DNA from: Balanoglossus misakiensis
Taxonomy: Eukaryota > Animalia > Hemichordata
Length of the DNA stretch: 64,000 nucleotides
Assembly (NCBI GenBank): GCA_040954595.2
Contig: CM082583.2
Location: forward strand, 10,243,656 to 10,307,655
Direction of reading: 5' to 3'
Every line of letters begins with the position of its first letter. Position 1 is the stretch's first letter. Below the pieces are notes generated by a model. It was not told the origin of the DNA. It did not search any database and saw nothing but the letters and a program-made list of their open reading frames with translations. Shown here piece by piece: positions 38,701 through 50,430 of the stretch. The position numbers and the translations under genes are program-made.

Positions 38701-41700
38701 TTTGTGACAATTCTAAAAATAATATTTTGCCAGGCTGGCGACGTCTCCCTCAGTGTGCGTATTTTGGGTGCATGAACAGATTTGGAAGAAATAACTAAAA
38801 ATATTCGATTGCTCTGACAGTCAAATTTACAATTGTTTGAAAAAATGACATTTTTGAGCGATTTGAGCAATTTTGGTATGATTGCATGCAAATATGAAAC
38901 GTGTACAAACGAGGATTATACGCCATATTTGAGTAATACGTGTCAGTCCATGTCATATACATCGCATGCGCACGCGTGGTAGTTTCTACTCTGCTGACAT
39001 TTTCTCTTATTATACCCATGTGCAATTATCCTCAATTTATTCCAATCGTGTTGAATGCAAATGTTGATGGTGTTGTGGATCTTGTTTGTCTCATTAACTC
39101 TCTTCAAATACATTTTCAAAATGCCGGAAAAACATAATTTGGCCCCATTTGTCTGACAGTCACCAAACAGGAAACATGGAAATAATTGCGGGACGACATT
39201 GTTCTAGAATTCTGGAGTGAGTGAAATAAAAGGTCGAGTCTCTCGGATCTGCTGACCGTTTTCAAACCTTCGGTTTCGACCTCTCGTTTTTTTTATTACA
39301 GTCGGTAAAACACTATTTAGCACGTTCACTCGGGGGTCACTTCATTAATTTTGAAAACATCGAGAAATCGAAACCCACTCTCAGCTGCCGGGCGAAGCCT
39401 GTCATGCGCGTTACTAAGGCCTACTCTGAGAACGTATATCCCTCCAAACACTTCCTTTCACAAGGAGAGAAAACAACACCGACTTAATGCCAAAATCCAA
39501 TCCTATGGGCACGCTATTATCAGATTCTTCCGCTAAAACATTTAGGCTGGAGTAACACAGGAATACGAAATGACTGAACAAACACTTGGGACGCCGATGT
39601 AATGTATCTCTTCTTGGCGCCCAGGGGGGATACACGGGTAATCAGTCTTCGACACGGCTACCTTAAAGGCACACTGGCTGCAAATTTTGGATATTTAGAT
39701 GAGTCTTTCTGAGTAAACACAATTGATGAAAAGTACGTAAAAATTTCGTATAAATCAACTAAATTCAATGAAACTGCATTGACACTTTTGCAAAATGCTA
39801 GATGTCTAGCGAATTAGAATTACGATTTTAGCTAAATATATAGACAGGCTGTACCCGTTAAGCAAATGAATTCAAGTCCGGACTTGAGTTCGATAACACT
39901 ATCAAGGCTACCTGTCCACGTATAGGCCGTGCTCATTCTGGACGTTTCGTCACGCTATGGAGTTTCATAGAAGAAACTGCAGTCTGTAGATATAAAACAT
40001 AAAATTAATAAAACATCAAAGTTAAGGCTAATGGAGCTTTAAGTTGAATGGATTGCGTTCAATCGACTTATACTCCCGCCAAAACTATAGGTCTACATGT
40101 ATGCTCTGATGCATCGATCATCTAAAACATTAAAACACCAATTGCAAAGAAGCGAGTTAATTTACGACAGATAAAAATAACACAGAAGACAGCCTGGAAT
40201 TAAAATTGATCCCTTTCGGCGCCGAAATCATCATTCAATATATTCAAGGTACTTTTTTACAATAATCAGGAGAAATATACCAGAGGCATTTTCCAGAAAT
40301 TCGCATGTCATAGTGTGCCCAGGCCCGAATGGCGGGCAATTGCAGCACCCGTACATAACCACGTTCTTCAGATCGTAATTAGTCAGAAATTTCCACGGCG
40401 AGCCTTCAAACATTACAGAAACAAGTTTGGCCAATGAAATATTAATTTATTTAAACTGTTTCAAGATGTTATGTTCAAGACTCCCATGTGGAATTAACTA
40501 AATCTCCCTGGCAGCGCCCAATTAAGAGCAACACCTGAGGGCTTGACGACAGAAATTACGCAGTAGACGGCTCGGATGAGTTACATCTAATCAGAAGCTA
40601 TGGAAAAAAACGAACATAATTTGACCTGGCTTACATATTTCATAAATGTCTGTCAAAGTGTTAAATTTTCCATTACCGACATCGTGGTTTGAAAACTAAT
40701 AAATGAGCGAAAATCGGGCATTATTCGTAACAGATTAAAAAACCATTAGTCTTCGTATTGCATCGTTTATTTGCTGCGTGCAGGCGATAACGGAACAGCT
40801 AATCCAATTTGAAAAGTTATTACCGACAAAGTTGTCCTGTTGATTTATATCATTTCTTAACACAAGCAAATCGGGAAGATTTTTTTTACAAACGCATGGG
40901 CCTTTGCTGTCAACCTTAAATATAGTAATCGGATTGACTTCCAAAACGGCGCTGTCAACTATTGCTTTTCACTGAGTTCATTACATGTCGTCTCCATGAC
41001 GATGGTCACGCCGTACTAACAGTTCGTTATTAGTCGATCGAGTTTGTGTCGGACCATTTTGTCCGTCAATGCTGTCTGCTCCAGAAATGTTCCCGCCAAA
41101 TGACCGTTGCAGTGACACATGTCAGGTGAAGATAAAAAAAATATATAATGCGTGTTTGTTATTTAAGCTGAATACAGCTGAGCAGAGTACGAGTAGATGC
41201 AGCCTGCACTGAGTTATCGAATTTGCGTAATTCAAGAATCGGCTATTTTTTTCTCTGTTTTGCTGCAGTCACGGTACTCGAGGTATCGTGATGCACCCAC
41301 GCTTTGATACCTAAACCCGAAGTAAACCTCGGGACACACGCTTCCTCATTTTAATGCCATGGACACTTTAACCTTCTATTCGCACGTCTGACTGACTAAT
41401 CGCCGTATCTCTGCCCCCTTGGGACGAGTTGATGACACTCAGAACTGAGCGGCTTTGCGATCAAATATTGACACAAACGACAGCTGCAATACCTGTTAGT
41501 CTCCACGGTGTTAAAACTGGCCCGGTTTGAGTTTTTATCAACGCCCCCGTAAAATCCATTACCAAGTGCGATTCCCAACGCAGGTGATGGAACAGGGAAT
41601 AAGGAGGCGCTCCGCGTCGCTGATTAAGTGTTCGGACAAGACATGACGCTCGATAATAGCGTAATGACACCTCATAATGTTAGTGAAGAGAACAGAAATA

Positions 41701-44700
41701 CATCTCTATATATAAAAAAGTTGTGAAATTCAAGCATTCCCTGTTGAGTTTCTTTCGTCTGACCGAGATATTTACGGGATTTTACAGTACCGGAACTGTG
41801 TCGCATAAAACTGTCGTGCACAATTTTTCTATTGAGTTCTACCGCTCTATCCCTCATGTGTCATTTCGAAGGCAGTTTTATCGATGTAATGTATTCATGT
41901 GGTTGAATGTGGTTGCCTTCTACTACTGCGCGCGCGTGGAACTATTTTCTTGGGGCGGCTTATCTCTGACGCAGTGTGTTTCTGGCCCCTGGCCACGAGA
42001 AGCTTTCGGTTTTCTCAAGTTTTAATTGTTCAATTTAAGTTTTCCCCCGACCCCCGTTGGTAATGTACTCAATTTGATTAGGGCCCCTGGTCTAGGGAAG
42101 AATCGGCTTTGCAAGATTGAAATTTGGCCAAAAGTAAAGGTATCGGTTAGCGCTGACATTTCTCCTGTTTGCGTTGAAATTGGACCCTCAGCGGTAGCGA
42201 TTGTACATGAAAATAGAGACGCACCTATTAGGAGTTTATGTCGATCTGTGTCTTTATAAAATTCGCTAGATTATCGAATTGCATTACTTGTGTAACAAGG
42301 TTGACAGAAAAGCAGGGCTTTCAAAGGAACCGGTTAGAAATCAGACACAAAGAACATTCAGCGCCGCGCACCATCGAGTTGACTTGCATTTATTTTGCGA
42401 TACGATCGAATGCGGTGGTCTGTGTGCCTGTCACCCCGAAGACACAAATGAAACGTATAACGTATATCCCGACTTTCCTCTCTGTTGAACATTTTCGTTC
42501 ACAAACAAAACAGGTGCATGTACTGTTGGGTATGCGTGTCACCACCCTCATTGTCCGTGGTCTGTGCCCTCATAGACCGAAACCCTGTTGGTTCAGATAA
42601 TCGAGGACAAGAATAATGTTACATCGATGACAAACCATCGCCCAATTGCATTGTCAACAATTGCCTCGCAAGTTTCGGAAACGGTCGTTTTGTGCAAGAT
42701 TGAGACGTATCTCTTTCACTATATACCTATTTGGTTTCGAACTATCGCCTGTTACTGACGTGTACTCTCGTCTCGTTTCGGAAGAACGGAAGACATTACT
42801 TGATATAAGAAACGCGGAATCAGTTCTCTAAAGTATTAGATCGGGCCAACCATCAGTAATTTCGATGCTGTACTTCGAAAGCAAATAGTTTGGTGAAAAG
42901 AATATCCAACAGTGAAAACAGAATTGTTGCCATGGTGAATGATGTCCTGGCAGCGTGGTTGTCATAAAATATATCTTTTGATAACAATCCGACGAATCAT
43001 ACATTTTGACAAAAAATATGTGGCGCCAGATGATAGATGGTCAAGTGCGTTGACATAGCACACTCGGAGACACGTTTCACTGCAGGATTTTATGATGTTC
43101 CTGCGAACAAGCAGGCCCCAGTTTATCGCACTCCGAGTTCCATTAAAACTCAGATGGTGACATGGTCTGAGTAGGTCTTCAGCCTCATGTTTTCCACCTG
43201 AACGCGTTAATATCTTTTCCCGCCATTCCCTGGAGTCTTGCGTGAAGTAGTCTTGGATGCATGTACGGGGCTATTTGCGGGTCTCAAGTGATTTCACTCG
43301 GTGAAACGTGACACCTCGGATGCAAAAAATCCCCTCTCCCCCTCCGCGCACTGAACGGGCTACCTTGTGATGAACCCCATCGCTTGTTGTGTTGTTTGCT
43401 TCGTAAAGCAAGAACTTTCCCATTATCCGCCTAAGTAATACATGTTGACAAGATCACGAATCGAACGCAAAGGTCAAAGCGATCCAGTCGATTGGTTCTG
43501 AGAAAATTATGGTTCTTTTCCGGCAGTATTTTTTTCTACTCAAATGTCAGCCATATTGTCCTCAAACAGCTATACTATGATCTACCCCTGATAGATCCAT
43601 TTAAGATATATTAAATTTCTCTATCGAGACATCGTCGTGATCGTAGTCCAAGCTTCCGAGTTTATGCGGAATAAAACCGTCGAAGTCTAATGAAGTGACG
43701 AAAAATGCACTCACTGTGCACATAAAATTAAAGTTTGGATTTCTCTTAGGTTTATTTCAAATACGACCGTGTTGTTTCTTCAGAACACACCAGAAACATT
43801 GGCAATTTCATTCTTATCACCTGCGAACAAATTTCCCCGGCGTGTTTTGGAATCAACAGATTCGCAGATAGCGAGCCACGGCGGGAAAGGCAGAGATAAG
43901 AAACGGATTGAGAGGTCGGCACTGCATCTCCTGTTCGACTTGAGTCTTTCCCCCAAAATTAGAAACTAACACTCGACTCTGAAATAAAAAAAGACACGGC
44001 AAAAGCACACTTCAGTTTGCTTATTTTAGACTGTATTATCGACATCGATTCACTTGGTTGATATTGTGTTTCATTGCAGGTTGGCAGTCTGGAAAATTAC
44101 TATCTGTTCTCACATAGCGAGGTTCCAAGACGATCCAAACGTAGCGCACACCACCACACTAAAAGACTGGAAGACGACAACCGTGTAAGTTTAGCTTCTC
44201 TTTCTAAAAAAAACGGCGGGTCGACATCGTTAACGTGATAAGAACAGTTTTATTCTTGGGTGAAGTCGGTTCTAAACTCATGTCGTGCTACGGATGACTT
44301 GGAAATGAATGACTGTGTTATCAAAGCAAGATGACGAGACGACCATCTGTGGGATTCATCTTCGTATTAAGCCTTCACCCTTGCATTGACTTCTTTCGTG
44401 ACGTCAGTCGGTCTTTTCAGGAAGACCACGCTGGCAGTCGATGACAACTTATCGAATCCAATCTGCGCAGCCCAATTATCTCGGATTTATCTCATTCGGT
44501 TTTGCATGTTCAGGCCGGCGACGTCGAATGGCAGTCACCGCATATAGAGCTGATGTCGACAGCCGATGACGGGCGGGTTTTTTTTGCAGAAGTATACAAA
44601 TCCAATCACGTGTAGCGCGCCCTTTTCTGCTGTCAAATCTCCGTAAAAAATCTTTGCAGGGCTTTCAGAGTTCAGATACCGTTCGCCAAGATTCATATTG

Positions 44701-47700
44701 TTTTATTTTATTCTCCCGACCAGGTGCACTGGGTGGAACAACAGGTGGCAAGGAGGAGAGTGAAAAGGGATTTCGTGAAAAAGGAAGTTGCATCCTTTGA
44801 CGATCCGCTGTGGAAGAACCAATGGTATTTAGTACGTGTCACACAGAAAGTGCATTTCAGCTTGATGTAATCCCCTGTCGCCAGACATCTACGCTGCAGC
44901 GCTGATCACATGGCGTGATGCAAACGAGACAGACTTTGACTACGGGGTCATTTATGCAGGCTAAAACTTTGACCCCAATCAGTCACTGATGATATTTGAC
45001 TCAGATTAGAATAAGCGAATTCAAAGTATTTTTTGTTGCTTCGGGTGAATATATATTGATCATTATTGCCAGAATGGCATGTGCGTGTATAAAACACTGA
45101 ACAACGAGTGGGTTTACTTATTCACACAAGCGTGGAGGAATCGTGTTTGAGGGGAATTTTGGCGACGAAAAGTCTTCCATTGCGCGGTTTGAAAAAAAGA
45201 TAACAAGGTCTTCTGAATAAGCAACGTTTCTATTTAAATCCAAGACGTGCTTTACAAAGCAATAATAACAGACCAGTAGCTTTGAATAACGACGACAAAC
45301 AATTTTGGGTTGAAGTTACATCAAAGTAAGACGTATAGTGTTTCGCAAATGGAAAAAAACACATCGTTATTCAAAACAATCATGTCGAAAAAAAAAGAGA
45401 AAAATCCTACATTTAATTTCATAACTACACTGTGATAATGCAACTCTCGGGTAACCATACTCTCGACCCCTAACAATATTACGTCATTATAGTACAGCCA
45501 ACTATCAATTCATTGCAACCTGAATTTTCTACTTTTCTTTCTACAGCATGATACGCGACCTTCCACGAATTTACCGAAACTCGATCTGCATGTGATACCG
45601 GTGTGGAAGGCTGGCATTACGGGAAAAGGTGTTGTCGTAACGGTACTCGATGATGGTAAGATCTTAATTACCTCCTAGCGCCCCGGGCTCTACCCGAGTG
45701 TGCTTTGCAACTTCTGGGTCTAATGTTGTGCTACAAATATGCAAATTCAGAAATCAGTGAACACACCGAGGGTGGGAAATTAGTCACTCTGTTGTCACAT
45801 TACAATGTTCAGTTTTTCATAAAAGTCCAGAAGTAGTAAAACTTGCCAGATTTCTTTCTAAGCTCTTCGGTGTCGACTTCCTACACTTGACATTATCGTC
45901 TGCTGGTTTGTTTGACAATGACACTTCATTTTCAATAATAATCCAGTGAAATCGTGTTCTATTTCGCAGGGTTTGAGACAAAGCACAGCGATTTAGCTGA
46001 TAATTATGACGCACTAGCTAGCTGGGATTACAACGATAAAGATGCCGATCCGAATCCAAGGTACACCAACGCCCTAGCTGAGGAAAATAAGTGAGTTGTC
46101 GCATATTCTTAGACTATTTTTCAGTAATATTTTTGTCGTTGAGTTTGTATGTTTTGAAGATTACACAGCAGGGTAACTAGATTCCCATATGTGTCAAGTT
46201 ATCTTCAAAACTCATTGCGCGAGTCCAGATATATGGCTTCTTTATTGGACACCAACACGTGTAGTGGATGAACATCACTGACCAAGTCTGCTTTGTGTTG
46301 AACAAAAACCTCACCCAGCTTACATAACACATACATGCATAATGAGACTATCATTTACATAACAAAGAAAGTGACCATCTGGGTAAAGTTCAGTTTACTC
46401 CAACACCAATGAAAATTTGGCTCGCCCACCCGCTGCATTTTTCGAACACCCGACAACAAACGCGATGATATCATACACGGTTGTCATTTTTGTCGCGAAA
46501 GTGTTCACTGCTGGAGCGAGCTGTGTGCGTCTTTGATAGGATTCCATGCGTTGGGTGAGCTTATTTCCAACATGTTGTTAACAACTCTTTTCAAACGTAA
46601 AATACGGAAAATCTAAAGCCTTCGGATTCATTTCCTCTTCAATTTCCCCCAGACCTACCCAATTGAGTGCGCTTTTCAAACTGAAAGTGCCGCTCGCTTT
46701 TTAAGTTTCATCGACGGTTAAAGGTCACGGTTCCGTGAAAGTAGTTACGCAGGCAAATTGTAGTACGTGCTTGCAAAACACGCTTTGTTACATCTATTTT
46801 CGTAAATGTCGTAGATCATTGAGCGCCTCAATTGCCTGATTTTGACATGATTTCTTTCTTTCATTCGTTCTCTCTTTCCTTACAGACACGGTACACGCTG
46901 CGTCGGAGAAATTGGCATGATTGCCGACAACGGAGTGTGTGGGGTCGGTGTTGCATACAATGCTAAAATTGGAGGTATGGTCTCTTCAACCGTCTTCACA
47001 CAGAACAAAAATAAACTGCCTTTACGCCGGAAAAAAAACATTCCGACCTATTTTACGCGGTACATAGGAGTTTTTTGACACTACACACATACAGGACATG
47101 CATAACAAGTGACCGCGATACAAACATGACAAAATAATGTTCTGTGAGTTTTCGTGGTAGACTTTTTAAAGTATTTTTTTGTTTCCTGCACGATTAGCCC
47201 CACAAGGTGTTTTCATCTACACCGATGAAAACCTTTTGTCCTCCCCTCCCCAAGCACACTCACCAGAGAAAGAATATAATTCTATGAAATTTGTGACTAC
47301 ATTTTAGGCATTCGAATGCTGGATGGCACTGTCACAGACGCAGTGGAGGCAGATTCTTTGAGTCATAAGTTGGGATACATTGACATATACAGCGCCAGCT
47401 GGGGACCGAACGACGATGGCAAGACAGTGGAGGGACCGGGCCCACTCGCAAGACAAGCCTTTCTGGACGGTGTAACGAAGGTATCGTATAAGTGCAGCTT
47501 ATATTTGTAAAACTTACAGGGGGAGATATATACAGTACTTTTGACGTATTTTTCCATTTGTGCGACAGTATTTTTGTTTGGTGTACCAACAACTGCCGTT
47601 TATCGCTCGAATCCATGACATTGTATTGCAGGGTCGTGGTGGTAAGGGCGCCATTTACGTTTGGGCGTCGGGCAACGGAGGTGGTGCGCACGATAACTGC

Positions 47701-50430
47701 GACTGCGATGGCTACACGGACAGTATCTACACGGTGTCGGTGAGCAGCGCCTCCCAGAAGGGAGAATCGCCCTGGTATGCCGAGAGGTGTTCATCTACAC
47801 TGGCGACGACGCTGAGCAGCGGTGGCGGCGGCGAGGCGAAAATTGTCAGCGCTGATTTGCACGACAAGTGTACATCGTCGCACACCGGTACGTCGGCATC
47901 GGCGCCGTTGGCAGCGGGAGTTATCGCTCTGTTGTTGGAGGCAAAGTAAGTCCGAAATTCTCTCGTGTAGTGGCTGTAAAAAAACCCTGTGTGCCTTTTG
48001 AGACTGACAGTTTGCACAACGCCCTCACGTGGCACGACCCAACTTTGTTACAGAGGCACCCGTGATTCTAACTTTTGAAACGTGCATGGCACTTCGAATC
48101 GACCAGATGCGGTTTAATTTTGGTCACGTCTCTAAGGGAAATCTTGGTATATTATTATTGAGGACAAGGCATTGAACAGATTTCCATCCTGTTGAAACTA
48201 CAGGTGGCACAAAAAGGCGACGCGAGCTGAGCTTTCAATTGGAATATTTTATATCAATACGGTACACACATACTGAATTGAAACTGGAATGTCATTACAT
48301 TTCAAAACACTCTAATTGCAGTTCTGAACTGACATGGAGGGATGTTCAGCATATCATAGTGTGGACTTCGGAGCCGAAACCACTGGAAAAATCAAACGGA
48401 CCAGATCAAGTTTTTGAAACTAACGGCGTAGGTCTGAAAGTGGACGAACGTTTCGGGTTTGGCATATTGAATGCTGAAGCTATGGTCGAAATGGCCAAGC
48501 CGTCCCACGGAGGAAAGTGGGTAACAGTACCGGAAGTGAAGACCTGCGTAATTAACGCCGCGGACGTCGGTTTCCAACCCTTGTAAGTCCTGGCTATATT
48601 TTCGTGATTAACAGTCTTACTCACATCTGGTGTGGCCTATTTTACAATATTATGTCTTATTCATGAAAAACGGCGATATAAAAGTATAGTCCCACTATAC
48701 TTCTTTCTGTGAAAGGTGAAAATCATGTGCCGGGCTGATCGATTGGCACGACCGCGACCAGACGTTCCTCATCATAATTCAAACACGATGCACGCTGTCA
48801 TTTTTTTTAATTCTCAGAGCTATACCGGTGGCAGACACGGTTGCACTAACTATCAATGCCAGCATGTGCAAAGACCACGAATCTTCGCAAATCAATTACT
48901 TGGAACACGTACAGATGTTTGTGACCATTGAGCATCCTTACCGAGGCCGTCTAGAAATGGCACTGAGATCACCGAGTGGTGAGTATTCCTTCAATCTACA
49001 CCAGTGGGGATTTTTCAGTATACAGTATACCTAATGTAAACGTAGCTACAGTTACCATGGAAATGTTGAGGTCAAGCCAATTTTGGCTGCCTTAAATAGG
49101 TTTCCACTTAGTGCTAGGTGGTCAAATCACATTGCATTCTGGGTAAATGGTCGACAACTACGGGCGCTAAATTTCGAGCTTGTTGTTATTTTCCGTCAGA
49201 TACCAATACTAAGCTTCTATCTCCGCGAAGTGAAGACCGTTCGAACGAGGGATTTAAAGATTGGGCTTTCATGTCAGTCCACACGTGGGGCGAGAACCCG
49301 AACGGTGATTGGACGCTGACAGTGGGCGATGGGGTGAGTAGCGGTGAAGGAGGGAGAGAGACAAAGAAAGAAAGAAAGAAAGAGGAGAGGGAGGGAGGGT
49401 GCCCAAATGCATGCTGGTTGTAGAACCACCATTTTGGCGTAAGTGCCTTGCATTGTTTCGTTATCACGTGGTGTATACAATCAAATTGATCGACTGCAGC
49501 TACTCTATTACATGTATATCCGTTATCGTCTTCTGTAACGATACCCCCACTATATTTCACCAGAGGGGGGAAACCACTGGTAACAATTCTGGTTCCCTTG
49601 ACGACTGGAAGCTGGTCATGCGAGGCACCACAGAAAAACCAAACCACCAACCCGAAGGTGGGCGAGTGTATAGTTCAAACTACAACAGTGTTAAGGACGA
49701 CAGGCAGAGTGTAAGTGCACTTGTTTTGTGTTTTGAGTGTGCAATGTTTTTTATACGAATGTTAACATCGTGGATCGAAGATATGTCTAGGTTTAATGAT
49801 ACCACACAAATAATATTGCTGGTTGTGATTAAATTATCTTCAACACGATTTCATTTTTGTTTTGATTTCTCATATGATAGAGGAAGGAAAAAGCCAACGC
49901 AAAAAGTTCATAACAGGTTTGAAAAAAACATACTTCGTTCGGTTGGGTTGCATGACGGGAAACAGCATGTCTTATGTCAGTAACTTAGGGAGTTATTTCC
50001 GAACGGTGTGGTTCAAGGTTCAACTTGTGCAAAAAGTAGTAAAGTAGTACAGTTCGCAATGCTTGCCAAGATTCTAGCTCAACGAGGGTACTAGTTTTGT
50101 CATTTGTTGTTGTGCATGTGAACCAAAATACATGTATTCGAAAATCTCCCTGTCACATTTTAGGACCCTATCCAAGAAGAAGAAGTCGACGGCAGCAATG
50201 GAGACGATTTCATTTATCCCCAGGCTGATGACCTTGGCAATGGCATTGACGACGAAATCCTGAATATCGGACATGACGACGACGACGACGATAAACCCGG
50301 TGACCTTATGAATGTACTGAATAACTACTGGGCGTTTGAGGAACTCCAAAAAGAAGCTATGTTAGAGCAATTGTACGAAACAGAGATGTTGGAATACCTG
50401 TTGAAAAAGGGGGACTCTTCCAGAAGATAA
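14800..50430 (+). CDS. PCSK1: Neuroendocrine/prohormone convertase 1 (PC1/3)-like subtilisin-kexin protease, 721 aa, 13 exons
   Basis: Exons: 14800-14976, 44080-44184, 44724-44831, 45547-45655, 45970-46090, 46886-46974, 47308-47480, 47632-47945, 48322-48582, 48818-48978, 49200-49333, 49564-49710, 50164-50430. All GT-AG, 2166 nt, open frame. Signal peptide; prodomain ([33 protein letters not shown], primary cleavage RVKR); catalytic D (VLDDG), H (HGTRC), oxyanion N (ASGNGG) and S (HTGTSAS); P domain. PC1-specific segments [26 protein letters not shown] and [10 protein letters not shown]. No Cys-rich or transmembrane domain (so not furin/PC5), and Asn rather than Asp at the oxyanion site (so not PC2). 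Confidence 0.93.
15211..15292 (+). repeat. Compound tetranucleotide microsatellite (ATTC)(ACTC)(GCTC)(AATC)(GATC)
   Basis: caatcattcattcattcactcactcgctcgctcgcgcactcaatcaatcaatcaatcgatcgatcaatcaatcaatc. Confidence 0.8.
19768..19956. mobile_element. Degenerate ~190-bp MITE (TA-flanked, Tc1/mariner-type non-autonomous element)
   Basis: Termini TACTGTAAA ... TTTTCAGTA are imperfect inverted repeats that include the TA. Internal reiterated TTTAATTT(T)CGC-like motifs. The layout matches 'TACTGTAAA...TTTACAGTA' MITEs I recall from marine invertebrate genomes. Confidence 0.5.
35999..36072 (+). repeat. Degenerate (AGAC/GGAC/TAGG)n tetranucleotide microsatellite
   Basis: atagagagatagacaaacagacagacagacgaacggataaatggacagacagacatgtaggtactaggtaggta. 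Confidence 0.7.

Noticed and set aside
39660-39700. TTAA-AGGCACACTG as a Kolobok-like DNA transposon end
   Set aside because: No matching inverted terminus was found, so no element can be delimited.
14977-44079. Many 60-150 aa ORFs inside PCSK1 intron 1 as a possible nested gene
   Set aside because: None shows a recognisable domain, coding-like composition or a consistent exon chain. The lengths are as expected by chance.
14800-50430. Assignment as furin, PC5/PACE4 or PC2, or as a pseudogene
   Set aside because: There is no Cys-rich or transmembrane region, the oxyanion residue is Asn, and PC1-specific segments are present. All exons are in frame with canonical splice sites and intact catalytic residues.
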